A stretch of DNA of 64,000 nt from Octopus sinensis (taxonomy: Eukaryota). The position numbers were made by a program, and so were the translations under genes. Below are positions 52,962-64,000 of this stretch, one piece after another. The notes below the pieces were generated by a model that was given only the letters and a program-made list of their open reading frames with translations, had not been told where the DNA came from and ran no database searches. Position 1 is the first letter of the stretch. Each line of letters begins with the position of its first letter. Location: contig NC_042997.1 in the NCBI RefSeq assembly GCF_006345805.1, positions 93,992,001 to 94,056,000 of the forward strand, read 5' to 3'.

Positions 52962-53177
52962 AAGGCGGTGAGCTGACAGAATCGTTATACACGCGGGGCT
53001 AAATGCTTAGCGGCATTTCGTCCATCCTTACGTTCTGAGTTCAAATTCCTTAGAGGCCGACTTTGCCTTTCACCCTTTCGGGGACGATAAAATAAGTACC
53101 AGTTGAGCACTATGGTTCGATGTAATCGACTCACCTCCACCTCTGAAATAGCTGGCCTTGTGCCAAAATTTGAAACT
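52962..53177 (+). mobile_element. OK-like SINE (older tail type)
   Basis: AAGGCGGTGAGCTGACAGAATCG head, with the tail GCTGGCCTTGTGCCAAAATTTGAAAC. Confidence 0.85.
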
Positions 53178-53459
53178 AATATTTCATTCTGACTCTTTAC
53201 GATCTGGTTAGTCAAGTATTAAGGTCGATTTAACCGAGTGATTCAAGTAATGAGACTAAATTTTCTATGTGATGTTTTTTTTTATTTTAAAAGCGGATAA
53301 TGGTCTAAAGTTCCAACAGGCAAAAAATTATTTGAAGAATTGCAGCGACCACATGTAATGTTAAATTTGAAAGTCATAGTGACGGAACAATGCCAGAATC
53401 ATTTATAATCAACAGGATATGGCGGAAGCCTGTCACTCTACACGACCTAAGTCGTCGTC

Positions 53460-53728
53460 AGAAAAGGAGAAGAAGAAGAGAAAAAGGAAGAGAAAGAAGA
53501 GAAAAAAGAAGAGAAAGAAGAGAAAAAAGAAGAGAAAGAAAAGAAAAAGAAGAGAAAGACGAAGAAGAGAAAGAAGAAACGAAAGAAGACAAAAAAGAAT
53601 AAGAAAAAGAGAAAAAGAAGAGAAAGAAGAGGAAGAAGAAGAAGAGAAAAAAAACAAAAAGAAGAAAAAAGAGAAAAAGAAGAAGAAAAAGAAGAGAAAA
53701 AAGAAGAGAAAGAAGAAAAAGATGAAAT
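53460..53728 (+). repeat. Almost pure polypurine (AAG/AG-rich) tract
   Basis: About 270 bp with very few pyrimidines, built from AAGAAGAGAAA units. Confidence 0.9.
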
Positions 53729-53991
53729 AGATCGTATAGGTCGTTTCAAAGTTGTAAGGTCAATACAATTGAATCTCAGATTGATATTTGCATGGTCTTA
53801 TAAACAGAGTGAGCTCAAATATATATTTTTGTGAAGGAAGACTGGAATAGTATGTCTAAAATGGTGTGTGGCTATATATACCACAGAAGTGATACGCAAA
53901 TAGCAAGTGGTACGTAAACTTACTAGTACTAGTACAACAGTAAGAGAAGCAGCAGCAGCAGTGGTGGTGGTAGTGATGGTGGTGGTAGTGA

Positions 53992-54022
<31 letters not shown>

Positions 54023-54171
54023 CGCGGCAGTAGCAACAGAAGGTAAAACCTGGGTAGATAGTGTGAGATAGAGATAATGACGGGGCAGAGATAATGAAGA
54101 AGTGGCATCGATGTAATTGATGTTTTCTTAACTCCCAGATCAGCCCCTGATTGGGTTGTTGACTTGTTGAC

Positions 54172-54500
54172 CCCCTTCGGTCACGACACTGTCCATGGGA
54201 TTGCACCTAGAAAGTTACCCTCCTAGTCACAAGTCTGGGCAAGGTGGTTTTATGAAAGACCAGCAGTCGCCCATGCATACCGGCCTCCCCTCTCCACGCC
54301 ACCAGTGTTATCCAAGGGAAAGGCAACGGCCGATACAGCTTGGCACCTGTGACGTCGCAACTCATTTCTACAGCTGAGTGAACTGGAGCAACGTGAAATA
54401 AAGTGTCTTGCTCAAGAACACAACACGCAACCCGGTCTGGGATTCGAGCTCAGAACCTCACGATCGTAAGCTCGACGCTCTAACCATTGAGCCATGCGCC
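54172..54500 (-). mobile_element. tRNA-derived SINE (OR-type), near full length
   Basis: Ends GCTCTAACCATTGAGCCATGCGCC, the reverse-complemented tRNA head. Same family as 1886-2245. Confidence 0.88.
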
Positions 54501-55149
54501 CTGATTGGGTAAACCTATGATAAAAGGGGAGTCAATCTTCACCATCTTCTCTTCCTTTTTATCCAGGCACAGTACATCTAGGACTACGTGATCCAGCATA
54601 AATTATCTTTTTAGGAAGCAAGATGTGATTTGAAAAGATCTGGGTACTATTTTTAGCAACCACTTTGAAGCTTCCATGCTGCGTGTGTATGGTGAGTGAA
54701 ATGTTTTTTATCCATCAGTCAAATGGATTTTCCTTTCGGCCGTTATCTTCAATCATGATCGATGATAAAATCATAAATGGGTTATAGGCTTTCTTTTTCA
54801 TTACCAGAAATAGAAAGAGCTGCTCAATATATCGTCAGCCACACGACTCACAATCTGGTAATTTGATATCTTGTCAATTCGGCCATGTCAACCCACAGTA
54901 AAGAATGGACGCCTAAACTACCAAGTTAACAGAATCAGAATTCTCAATAATAAGATGTATTGTTCGAATGTCTCCAACTATATAAACAAATACCCTATCT
55001 TAAAGACGCAAAAATAACATTGCAGAAAATAGCAGCCGGTTTTTGTGTAACTTAATTCCATTATAAAAATTTCGATTTTCAGCAAACAAAATAGTAATAT
55101 TATCAATACTTGAATACAATGCAGACGTCACACTTCCTCTCATTCTCTT

Positions 55150-55306
<157 letters not shown>

Positions 55307-56679
55307 GCTCTTTCTTTCTTTCTTTCTTTCTGTTTCTTTGATTCTCTACTCCCTTGTCACCAGTCTTATTTACTTTCTATTGATCCCTTACACGCCATCT
55401 TTTGTTAGTCTTTATCTCCTTCACTTATCTACCTTCTAGTAGCTCTCTTGCATTCTTCGTTTTCTCTACATACTATTTCGTTGTCTGTAGTATCGATACT
55501 TTTACACAATACATAAACCGCCATTTCCTTTTTCTTTTCCCTCAACTCAACTCTTCTTTTCTCACATTCTTTTTACATTATCGTACTTATCCCCTTAATA
55601 AACTCTTCCTTTTTATTTTTCTGTCGCTTTTTCTAATTTTTCACTATTTTCGCATTCTTACTTTCAGCATTTTTCTTTAAACACACATACATACAAGATA
55701 GCATCCACAAAACCATAGATACTGAGAAACTCAAACATGTACACACAAGCACACATGCACATACAGATTTCACAAGCTCATTCACATACGCAAGGTCGCA
55801 TGCGTACACAAACTTGCACACACATATATATACACATACTCATCCAATATACATGTGCGTAAACACACACATCTGAGTTTTATTTTATATTTTATCTATA
55901 AAATAACCAATCATTGAAGTTTGTTTACGTTGTAAATGTTAAACATCGATAGAAATGGTTTTTTTTTAACGTTTTAGCTTTATATTACATTTATTATAGT
56001 AATATATGCTGCGACTGATGGCAAACATATTTTGTTTTAGTATTGTATGATGTTGTTTCGCGCAAGGTCAGAAATGATCAAGGAAAATTATATGTATAAT
56101 TATTACTATCTCAGGTGTGATAAATAATATTATTTATGCAGAATGTGTCAGGTTTACTGCTGTTTTTTCTTTCGTGGACTTTGAAATGAAATTGTGTAAT
56201 ATTCTTGCGTTTCACAGTAGTATTACTGTAGAATGAAGTAAAATTACTTGTATTAGGTACAAAACTTGCTCCATTGAATCTATACACCAGAAATGTGGCA
56301 TTTCTTCTACAAATTCGGAAGTCAAAGAAAATATTAGCATGTCTGTAGCATTCCTTAAGTTTAATAAAATATTTGTCCTTGACCGATTCAAATGAAAAAC
56401 CTCATTAAATTTTGGGCCACCAGAAGCAATAATGATTAATACTACAGAAATCGTTGTAGTATAATTCGTTTTAGAGGCTGTTTACAATTTAAACTACATT
56501 CTGGCTGACAGCTCCCGCGAGATGCTTCAAACATCTTGTCATAATTTAAAATCTTGTCACTTTGATGATATATTCATTGTTTCCTGTTATTACTGATGCT
56601 TCATTTATGTTTATTTGTTCATATGTTATATGGATGTATGAGATGCATATGTGAAAGGAGGTACTGACATACTTATGTC

Positions 56680-56989
56680 CGTATGTATGTATGTATGTAT
56701 TATGTATGTATGTATGTATGTATGTATGTATGTATGTATGTATGTATGTATGTACGTACGTATGTATGTATGTATGTATTGTATGTATGTATGCATGTAT
56801 GTATGTATGTATGTATGTATGTATGCATGCATGCATGTGTATGTATGCATGTATGTATGTATGCATGCATGTGTGTTTGTATGTATGTATGTGTGTGCGT
56901 GTGTATGCATGTATATATGTATGTATGTATGTATGCATGTATGTACGTACGTACGTATGTATATATGTATGTGTGCGTGTGTATGCATG

Positions 56990-57023
<34 letters not shown>

Positions 57024-57161
57024 TGTATGTATGTGTGCGCGTGCGTATGTATGTATGTGTGCGTATGTGCGTGTGTATGTATGTATGTATGTCCATGCTT
57101 GCATGTATATATGCATACATGTATGAATTTAAGCATGTATGTGTGTATGTATGTGTGTGCG

Positions 57162-57192
<31 letters not shown>

Positions 57193-57253
57193 GTATGTAT
57201 GTATGTATGTATGTCTGTGTGTATGTATATGTGTATGTATGTACATATATATG

Positions 57254-57287
<34 letters not shown>

Positions 57288-57320
57288 TGTATGTATGTAT
57301 GTATGTATGGATGGATGTAT
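56680..57320. repeat. Long degenerate (TATG)n tract
   Basis: About 640 bp. It is the source of the 200-250 aa YVCM/HTYI ORFs. Confidence 0.95.
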
Positions 57321-57957
57321 GTTCGTACGTATTTGTGTATCTTCTCCTGGTTTTATTTTCCAAATTTCAGGCCACCACAGAAACAGGACAATATCAATAG
57401 AATGCTCTTGTACATATAAATGTGCATATGTTTCAGGTATTCATATTTATGTATACATATATACGTACATGTGTACATGCACACCTCTATGCTTATGCAC
57501 ATATGTGCATATGGACATGGGTGCAGGCCTCGATGTAATTGTATGTATGAATCTTATTACATGCTAAATTTAATGCCTATTTACATATTTTGACAGTTCT
57601 TTTGTTAACTTGTAGCTTTAATCTTCTGGTTAGGCCTGTTCTTTCTGCTTTGGTGAAAATCAGGTTCTCAAAATTGGTACTGAGCCATTTAGTCACATAG
57701 CCAAGTTTTCTAATTATCGGTACAAATCTAGAAATGTAGGCTGCATAGAGAAACCACATATTTCTCATCAATTCGGTGTAGATATTTTCTGTTTTCGTTT
57801 ATGAATGACAGTATGTTGACATATGACGGGCAACTGATTTCAACTACTGTACATAGTGTCTTTTCTCTGTCCGGGTAGTTATGTCTGCTCAGTTCTACTT
57901 GCCGTTTATTTTGGAGACTTCACAGGGACAGTCCGTCTGTATTATTTCATATTAGGT

Positions 57958-58301
57958 AAGACGGCGAGCTGGCAGAAACGTTAGTACACCGGGCGAAAGC
58001 GTAGCGGAATTTCGTCTGCCGTTACGTTCTGAGATCAAATTCCGCCGAGGTCGACTTTGCCTTTCATCCTTTCGGGGTCGATAACAAAGTACCAGTTACA
58101 CACTGGGGTCGATATAATCGACTTAGTCCGTTTATCTGTCCTTGTTTGTCTCCTCTGTGTTTACCCATTTGTGGGTAGTAAAGAAATAGGTATTTCGTCT
58201 GCCGCTACGTCCTCAGTTCAAATTCCGTTGAAGTCGACTTTGCCCCTTATCCTTTCGGTGTCTCCCCCAAAATTTCGGGCCTTGCGCCTAGAGTAGAAAA
58301 G
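57958..58301 (+). mobile_element. Composite OK-like SINE with perfect 17-bp TSD
   Basis: TSD ATTATTTCATATTAGGT at 57941-57957 and 58302-58318. Internal junction AAGAAATAG|GTATTTCG at 58189/58190. Confidence 0.9.
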
Positions 58302-58774
58302 ATTATTTCATATTAGGTGCACTTATACCCCCCACCCACCATATCACTAATTTCTGATATTGTCCACTCAGGATTAACCTATATAATGTATCTCATGATA
58401 TACTGTTTTAAGTATGTATAAGTATGAATGTGTTCGTGTACGTGTTTATGTGCCTGTGGGTAGCTAAGTCTCTGTGGATAACAGCTCCACTCCTGCTCTC
58501 TAAAAGTGTTGCATTTTCCCCTATAAACACACATACATTCACGAGCGCACAAAATTGCACAGATCTACACACACGCATAACATAAATTTAAAAATAATTT
58601 TAAGAAACCGAGTGCAAATGAAAATGTGACGTCACTAATAACATTGCAGTAGGGCAAGGGAGGGATTTGACATCGAATTAATTAATTAAATTAATCTATT
58701 AATTAATCAACTACTTAGTTAATTGATAAAATAACGCTGAATTATAAAAGTGCATAATTTTTTATGTATATAAT

Positions 58775-58823
<49 letters not shown>

Positions 58824-58877
58824 AACATACATACATACATGCATACATACATACATACATACATATAAACACACATG

Positions 58878-58909
<32 letters not shown>

Positions 58910-59229
58910 CACACACACACACATAAACTTGTGCACACAAACATATAGGCCGTGTGCGAACTTCCGCCTTGGATTGCTCATGGTTGATCATTGATCTCCA
59001 ATAATTCTCTGTTCACCTCGATAAATGGATGAGTCACAAGAGAATAAGGAATTTATAAATTGTTTCAGTCTTCGTACACGAAGATTACTGCATTATTCCT
59101 TTATTATTAGTTTTTTTACATCACAACCTCTCAACCAAACAACTACGTTCCTCTCCGATATATGTATGTATGTATAAATGTCCTCTTTCCCTTTTTAACT
59201 GAGAATAAATTTTGGGAGAAAATTTGTGA

Positions 59230-59905
59230 AGGAAAGCATCTTGTTTTGTTCATCATACTTTAAATCTTAAGAGTGTCTTGCAGATTTTATAGTCCCAGAT
59301 ATCGTAATCATTTGTAGCATATGAATTAAGAAATTTCATTTTTTCCCCAATATCCCAAGTCCAGCTATACTTTGCTTCCAGACGGGGTGGTATGTATCTG
59401 TTGCTCCAATAATAATTACCTATGAAGCTGAAAGTATATCTTGGATACTGGATTTGAAAATTCCTTATCAGTGATCCATTAAAGTCCTCTTTCTTTTGTA
59501 TTTTTTAACCACAATGGTGTCCAGAGAGCAGTTGATTTCCACAACAAAACTTAACGTTTCCTTGTGTTCCCAGACAACAATATCCGGATGGTTGTGTTTT
59601 AAGTCGATGGCTTTTTAATTTTTAAGTTCCCCGAATATTCTTTAGACCCATCTGTCTCAGTATAGTCGATTTCATTTGTAGGTAGTTTCTTTCTTGTTAT
59701 CCTATTCCAGAATGTTCTGGTCATTGCATCATGCTTCATGGGAAGATGATATCTGGAAGACATTCTCTCACAGTTGGTAATAATGTGGCTGATGGCTTCA
59801 GTCTTGATCTTATACAGCCTACATTTGCTGTATAAGAGGAAGACTGATCTTATACTCTACTCGAGGCTATTTTGTACATTTGCAGTGGTTACATTATCCT
59901 TGGAT
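59230..59905 (-). mobile_element. Decayed RLE-type LINE (R4/Dong/NeSL group) C-terminus
   Basis: KCRL...EAISHIITNCERMSSRY.LPMKHD zinc knuckle, HNHPDIVVWE...VVEINCSLD endonuclease motif, and IIIGAT. Confidence 0.8.
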
Positions 59906-60429
59906 GCAGACCAAATTACCGTATCCAATACGGCACTGTTAGAAGGCAGGTTTAGAGAGGGCGCGGGTTAAGATTACGCACACTTCCCCTCCATCGGTTA
60001 GTTGAAGTTTAGACAGTGTCACGTGACAACTACCTGGCGCTGGCTGCTGGAGCCTGCCGGCGAGTATTTAGAGGGAGATTTGGCAGGATAGTCAGTCGCC
60101 CGCTGACACTCGTTGATGCTGCATCGAAGAATCCAGGGAACAGAGGAAAGAAGAAGAAAGAAGAAATGCACTTAACACCAGAGCTGAAGACACCTCCGAA
60201 AAGTGGGGCCCTGCCACGTCGAAAACGGTAAAGGAGTAGGGGGCGAAACCTAATGATATATCTAGCCACTGGATCCTATAAAGGAACTGTTGAGGTTGCA
60301 AACCACGAAACGTGGTTGGAATTCCTCCTTCTGAATCCCTAAGAGGAATTCTATAGATTCAGGTTCGAATCTATGTGCCCAAACGAAATCCACTATTTTT
60401 TCTTCCTTCTCAAGGAGAACACACTCGTA

Positions 60430-60489
<60 letters not shown>

Positions 60490-60545
60490 CGGAGATGTAC
60501 TTGCATAGCGAGTGACCTGATCTGAGATCGTGTGCTGGAACGAAA

Positions 60546-60748
60546 ACAATTGCAGCGTGGTGGGTATTTATAAGCCACTTATATACGTAACACACAAAAA
60601 CACATTAGATTCACTTCAACATTTAAACAGGTCGCGGTTTCAAAACGACGAAAATGTTTTGACAAATTAAATTTAAATGTTGAAGTGAATCTAATGGTTT
60701 TTGTGTGTTTCTTAAATGGCTTATAAACACCTTCCACGCTGCAATTGT
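60546..60748. repeat. Fold-back element with ~80-bp inverted arms
   Basis: 60546-60627 is an imperfect reverse complement of 60672-60748. Confidence 0.88.
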
Positions 60749-61079
60749 TATATATATAGTATTAATCAAAATACAGAAGACATTTCGTATTTTAAGCTCT
60801 ATAAATTATTACACGTTTCTCGGTAAATTCAATGACAAAACTGCACAAACATTTGGAGAAATTCCATAATCTTATCGATTTATCTCATCAGTCGTTTTGG
60901 CAAAAAAGCACGGCATATATAGTTATATAATTACCTACAACAACAACGGGTGACAGTTGTAATAGAGTAGAGAAAACACAAGATAGAAATTTCCATGCAA
61001 GGAGGATGGTGAAAGACACAACTTTACATACTTGCTTATGTACATACAGATATACATTCATATACACCTACAACCGTTC

Positions 61080-61870
61080 ACATATATACATTGAACCACT
61101 TTGTTCTATCTACCTGTTTAACGAATGTCGTTAAGATAGGCCGATACATTTTTGTGAGAGTCTTAGTTGAAATAAAATTCCGCATCCTCAATGTCGTCTT
61201 AAATGCTTAGCATGACGGATTGTTGCCATACGTTCATGTAAAATGGAACTAGTCCCAGTATCATCGAAATGGAATGGTTAAATTAATCCTTTCGATGATA
61301 AGCTGCACCATACTGTAACACTCGATGAACTAACATGATATTCCATCGTAATATGCAAATTCTCAGATCCTAAATGGTGCAGTTGTAATGGTTAATGGAA
61401 ATATTTAGATCAAATATCGTTCGTCACTTCAAACAATTTTACTACATGCAAAATCCACTCTCCAGTTCGGATCATCTTCCTTGAGATCATGGGCTAATCT
61501 GTGTGTGTAATGTTTCCAATGAATTTCTTCAAAATGTGATGGACACTTAATTTCGAAATTCCTAGCGCACGACTCGCTTGTTGCAGAGGTTTTCTTGAAC
61601 TCTGACAATACTTTCCCAGTATCCTTTCCTGCTTGCTTCGTCGGTCTCATCAATGTTCATTGTCCTCCAGAACGTTTCTGATGGATATCTACTTCAAACT
61701 TATCTCTAATTCGCGTGACAGTATGCAGCGTCGGTAGATCTATTGGAAACTCCGCCCATCCCTCCAAATGTGCTTACACATCGATTGCGTTCCCAATACT
61801 CCAGTAGCCCTTTAGGTTTAATTTCCTCCGTTCTAAGTCCATTCTGGCTTCTTCCATTACCCAATGGGTG
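61080..61870 (-). mobile_element. Decayed Tc1/mariner transposase with DUF4817-like N-terminal HTH
   Basis: TVTRIRDKFE..., WKHYTHRLAHDLKEDDPNWRVDFA and VTVWCSLSSKGLI.PFHFD across frameshifts. Confidence 0.8.
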
Positions 61871-61942
61871 AAAGCAAAATAGAAATGAAAATGAAATGAA
61901 TTATCAGCTGTTAAAGTGCGTACACATTTTTGAGATACTCAG

Positions 61943-62075
61943 TATGTATGTATGTATGTATGTATGTATGTATGTATGTATGTATGTATGTATGTATGTA
62001 TGTATGTATGTATGTATGTATGTATGTATGTATGTATGTATGTATGTATGTATGTATGTATGTATGTATGTAGGT
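61943..62075. repeat. (TATG)n microsatellite
   Basis: Tandem tetranucleotide repeat. Confidence 0.95.
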
Positions 62076-62804
62076 AGGTATATATATATATACGTATATG
62101 TGTGTGTGTGTTCGAGCGTATGTCTATATATGTAAATATATGTATACGTATTTCTTTCCTTTTATAACTCATATGTATATATACATGCCCATATATACAT
62201 ATATATGTACACACACACACACACACATATATATATTTAAGTATAGATATATGTATATAAATTATAGACGTATATGGAATATGTAAATATATATGCATTC
62301 CTATACTGTATAAAATACATATGAATTGCATACACATATACAAATGCACACGCACGCACATCTCAAACACACGGCACACACACACGCGCGCACAGAATGC
62401 TGAAATAATGTTTGATTGCTTGATGTTACTGAAATGCACCATGTTGCTTCTCTCATCTCCTCCTATTCAATTTTCTATAATCATTATGAATGCACGGAAC
62501 TGAAGTTGTGTCATGCATCCGAATGAAACTCTTATAGAGTTAACAATAGACAAAACAAGGTAAAATGAAACAGCATTCGCTCGCAATTTTTTTCAGAGAT
62601 TATTTAAAGGTTGTTCAAGCTGGCTTTTGACTTACTTTCGTTGCAGTTATAACATTTATTTGTCAATACTTCTGTAACTTGCTGAGATATCAAACTATAT
62701 TCAGCTTTCAGCCTTTCATCAAGCGTACTATACGTAGTTCGTGCGTGTTTCTGAAATATTCGAATTTATTAACATGGCAGACTTAGAACTATATAAACCG
62801 ACAG

Positions 62805-62880
<76 letters not shown>

Positions 62881-63439
62881 GTCACTCAACCTGTCTGTCT
62901 GTTTGTCTGTCTGTCTCTCTCTTTCTCTCTCCACCACACACATTTACCCATAGAAATACATTTCAACTTGCTTTGCAAACAATATAGCAGATTAAGCAGG
63001 AGAAACGGAAATTTAAAATAAAAAAATGAACATCGTTATATTTTAAAGTGGAAACGGTATTTTTTGAAACATTCTACTTTTGGCAATTTTATAAACATAA
63101 GCAACATTTAATGGTCTTTATTCAGCTGAAGATCCTGACTGTATACAACAATCATCTGAACTCAATTTTCATACGTCGTATTTCACTCTTTAAACGCTCT
63201 AGTTATTCACATTCTTCTTACACTGTAGAAATACATTTACATTTTTACTCGACAGCGGATTCTCAAGAAATAAGAGAACATTATATGTAGCAACTTAACC
63301 TAGCTCTCCTTATTCTGAAGTTTATGAGATTGTGAGAAAAAATACCGGGCACCGCCACGTCTGAGTTAGTTATTAAACTGTGCATTAATCTCTGAGTTAG
63401 TATTACAGTTTTATTACGCCATGAATCTATCCACCTGTG

Positions 63440-63483
<44 letters not shown>

Positions 63484-64000
63484 GAAAATAAATATATAAC
63501 CTTGGTTACGATATATTTCTTTCTTCAAACAATTTAACCAGTTTAATAGCTTTGGATAAGATTCTTTCATTACTATAGAGTGAAAAAAAGGTTTCTATGG
63601 CAGTAACTTCTTTAAGCTTTATTGTAAGATATTCTCATGTGATAAGAATACAAATTTGAGTGTTCCTATTTATCAATGCATTTGAGTTTGGAATTATCAC
63701 CAAGTGACAGTGTGGCAACTGTGATAAGGCGGAAAATATCCAAACTATCATTGCAAATCTTCAAGCTGTTAGCAGAAGATTTTTTTAAAGTATCTTTTCT
63801 ATGCTCATAATAATTCAAGAAGCATATTGCCTGCCGGTAGAAAGCGTTTTCGATTATTTCAGATATTTCCTCACCTCATTGCGTGATGGAACTATAATAT
63901 AAACATTTTTACTTCAATAGTGAAACTAAATTTGCTCTTCAGTTGATAAGTTTTATAATAGGGTACATAAAAAAAAAATACACAGCTTTATTTTTATCCG

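Noticed and set aside
53390-53749. K/R/E-rich protamine- or histone-like ORFs
   Set aside because: They are produced by a polypurine tract.
57580-57900. THAP-like words (SLCSLHF...GSVPIL) on the minus strand
   Set aside because: The words are spread over different frames with stops, and the rest of the THAP signature is missing.
60230-60260. HDV-like ribozyme suggested by GGCGAA
   Set aside because: No upstream P2 partner or P1/P3 pseudoknot pairing was found.

Overview
AT-rich, repeat-saturated animal DNA, most likely Octopus (inferred from the tRNA-derived SINE families, TTAGGG telomere-type repeats and extreme microsatellite density). I recognise no intact host protein-coding gene, and nearly all ORFs in the supplied track are microsatellite artefacts or transposon fragments. 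The window contains decayed Penelope-like retroelements (one near full length with ~650-bp inverted terminal repeats), R4/Dong-type, L1/Tx1, CR1 and L2-like LINE fragments, Tc1/mariner remnants, a MITE with an 8-bp TSD, more than 20 SINE copies and a 100-N scaffold gap at 48030-48129. The most notable non-obvious signals are (i) several families of minimal type I hammerhead-ribozyme motifs, one nearly intact at 21997-22084 on the minus strand, (ii) a recurrent SINE-SINE junction and a tandem SINE array, and (iii) several fold-back structures. These are best read as instances of known element classes. I found no convincing evidence for a wholly new biological system. All alignments and folds were done by eye.
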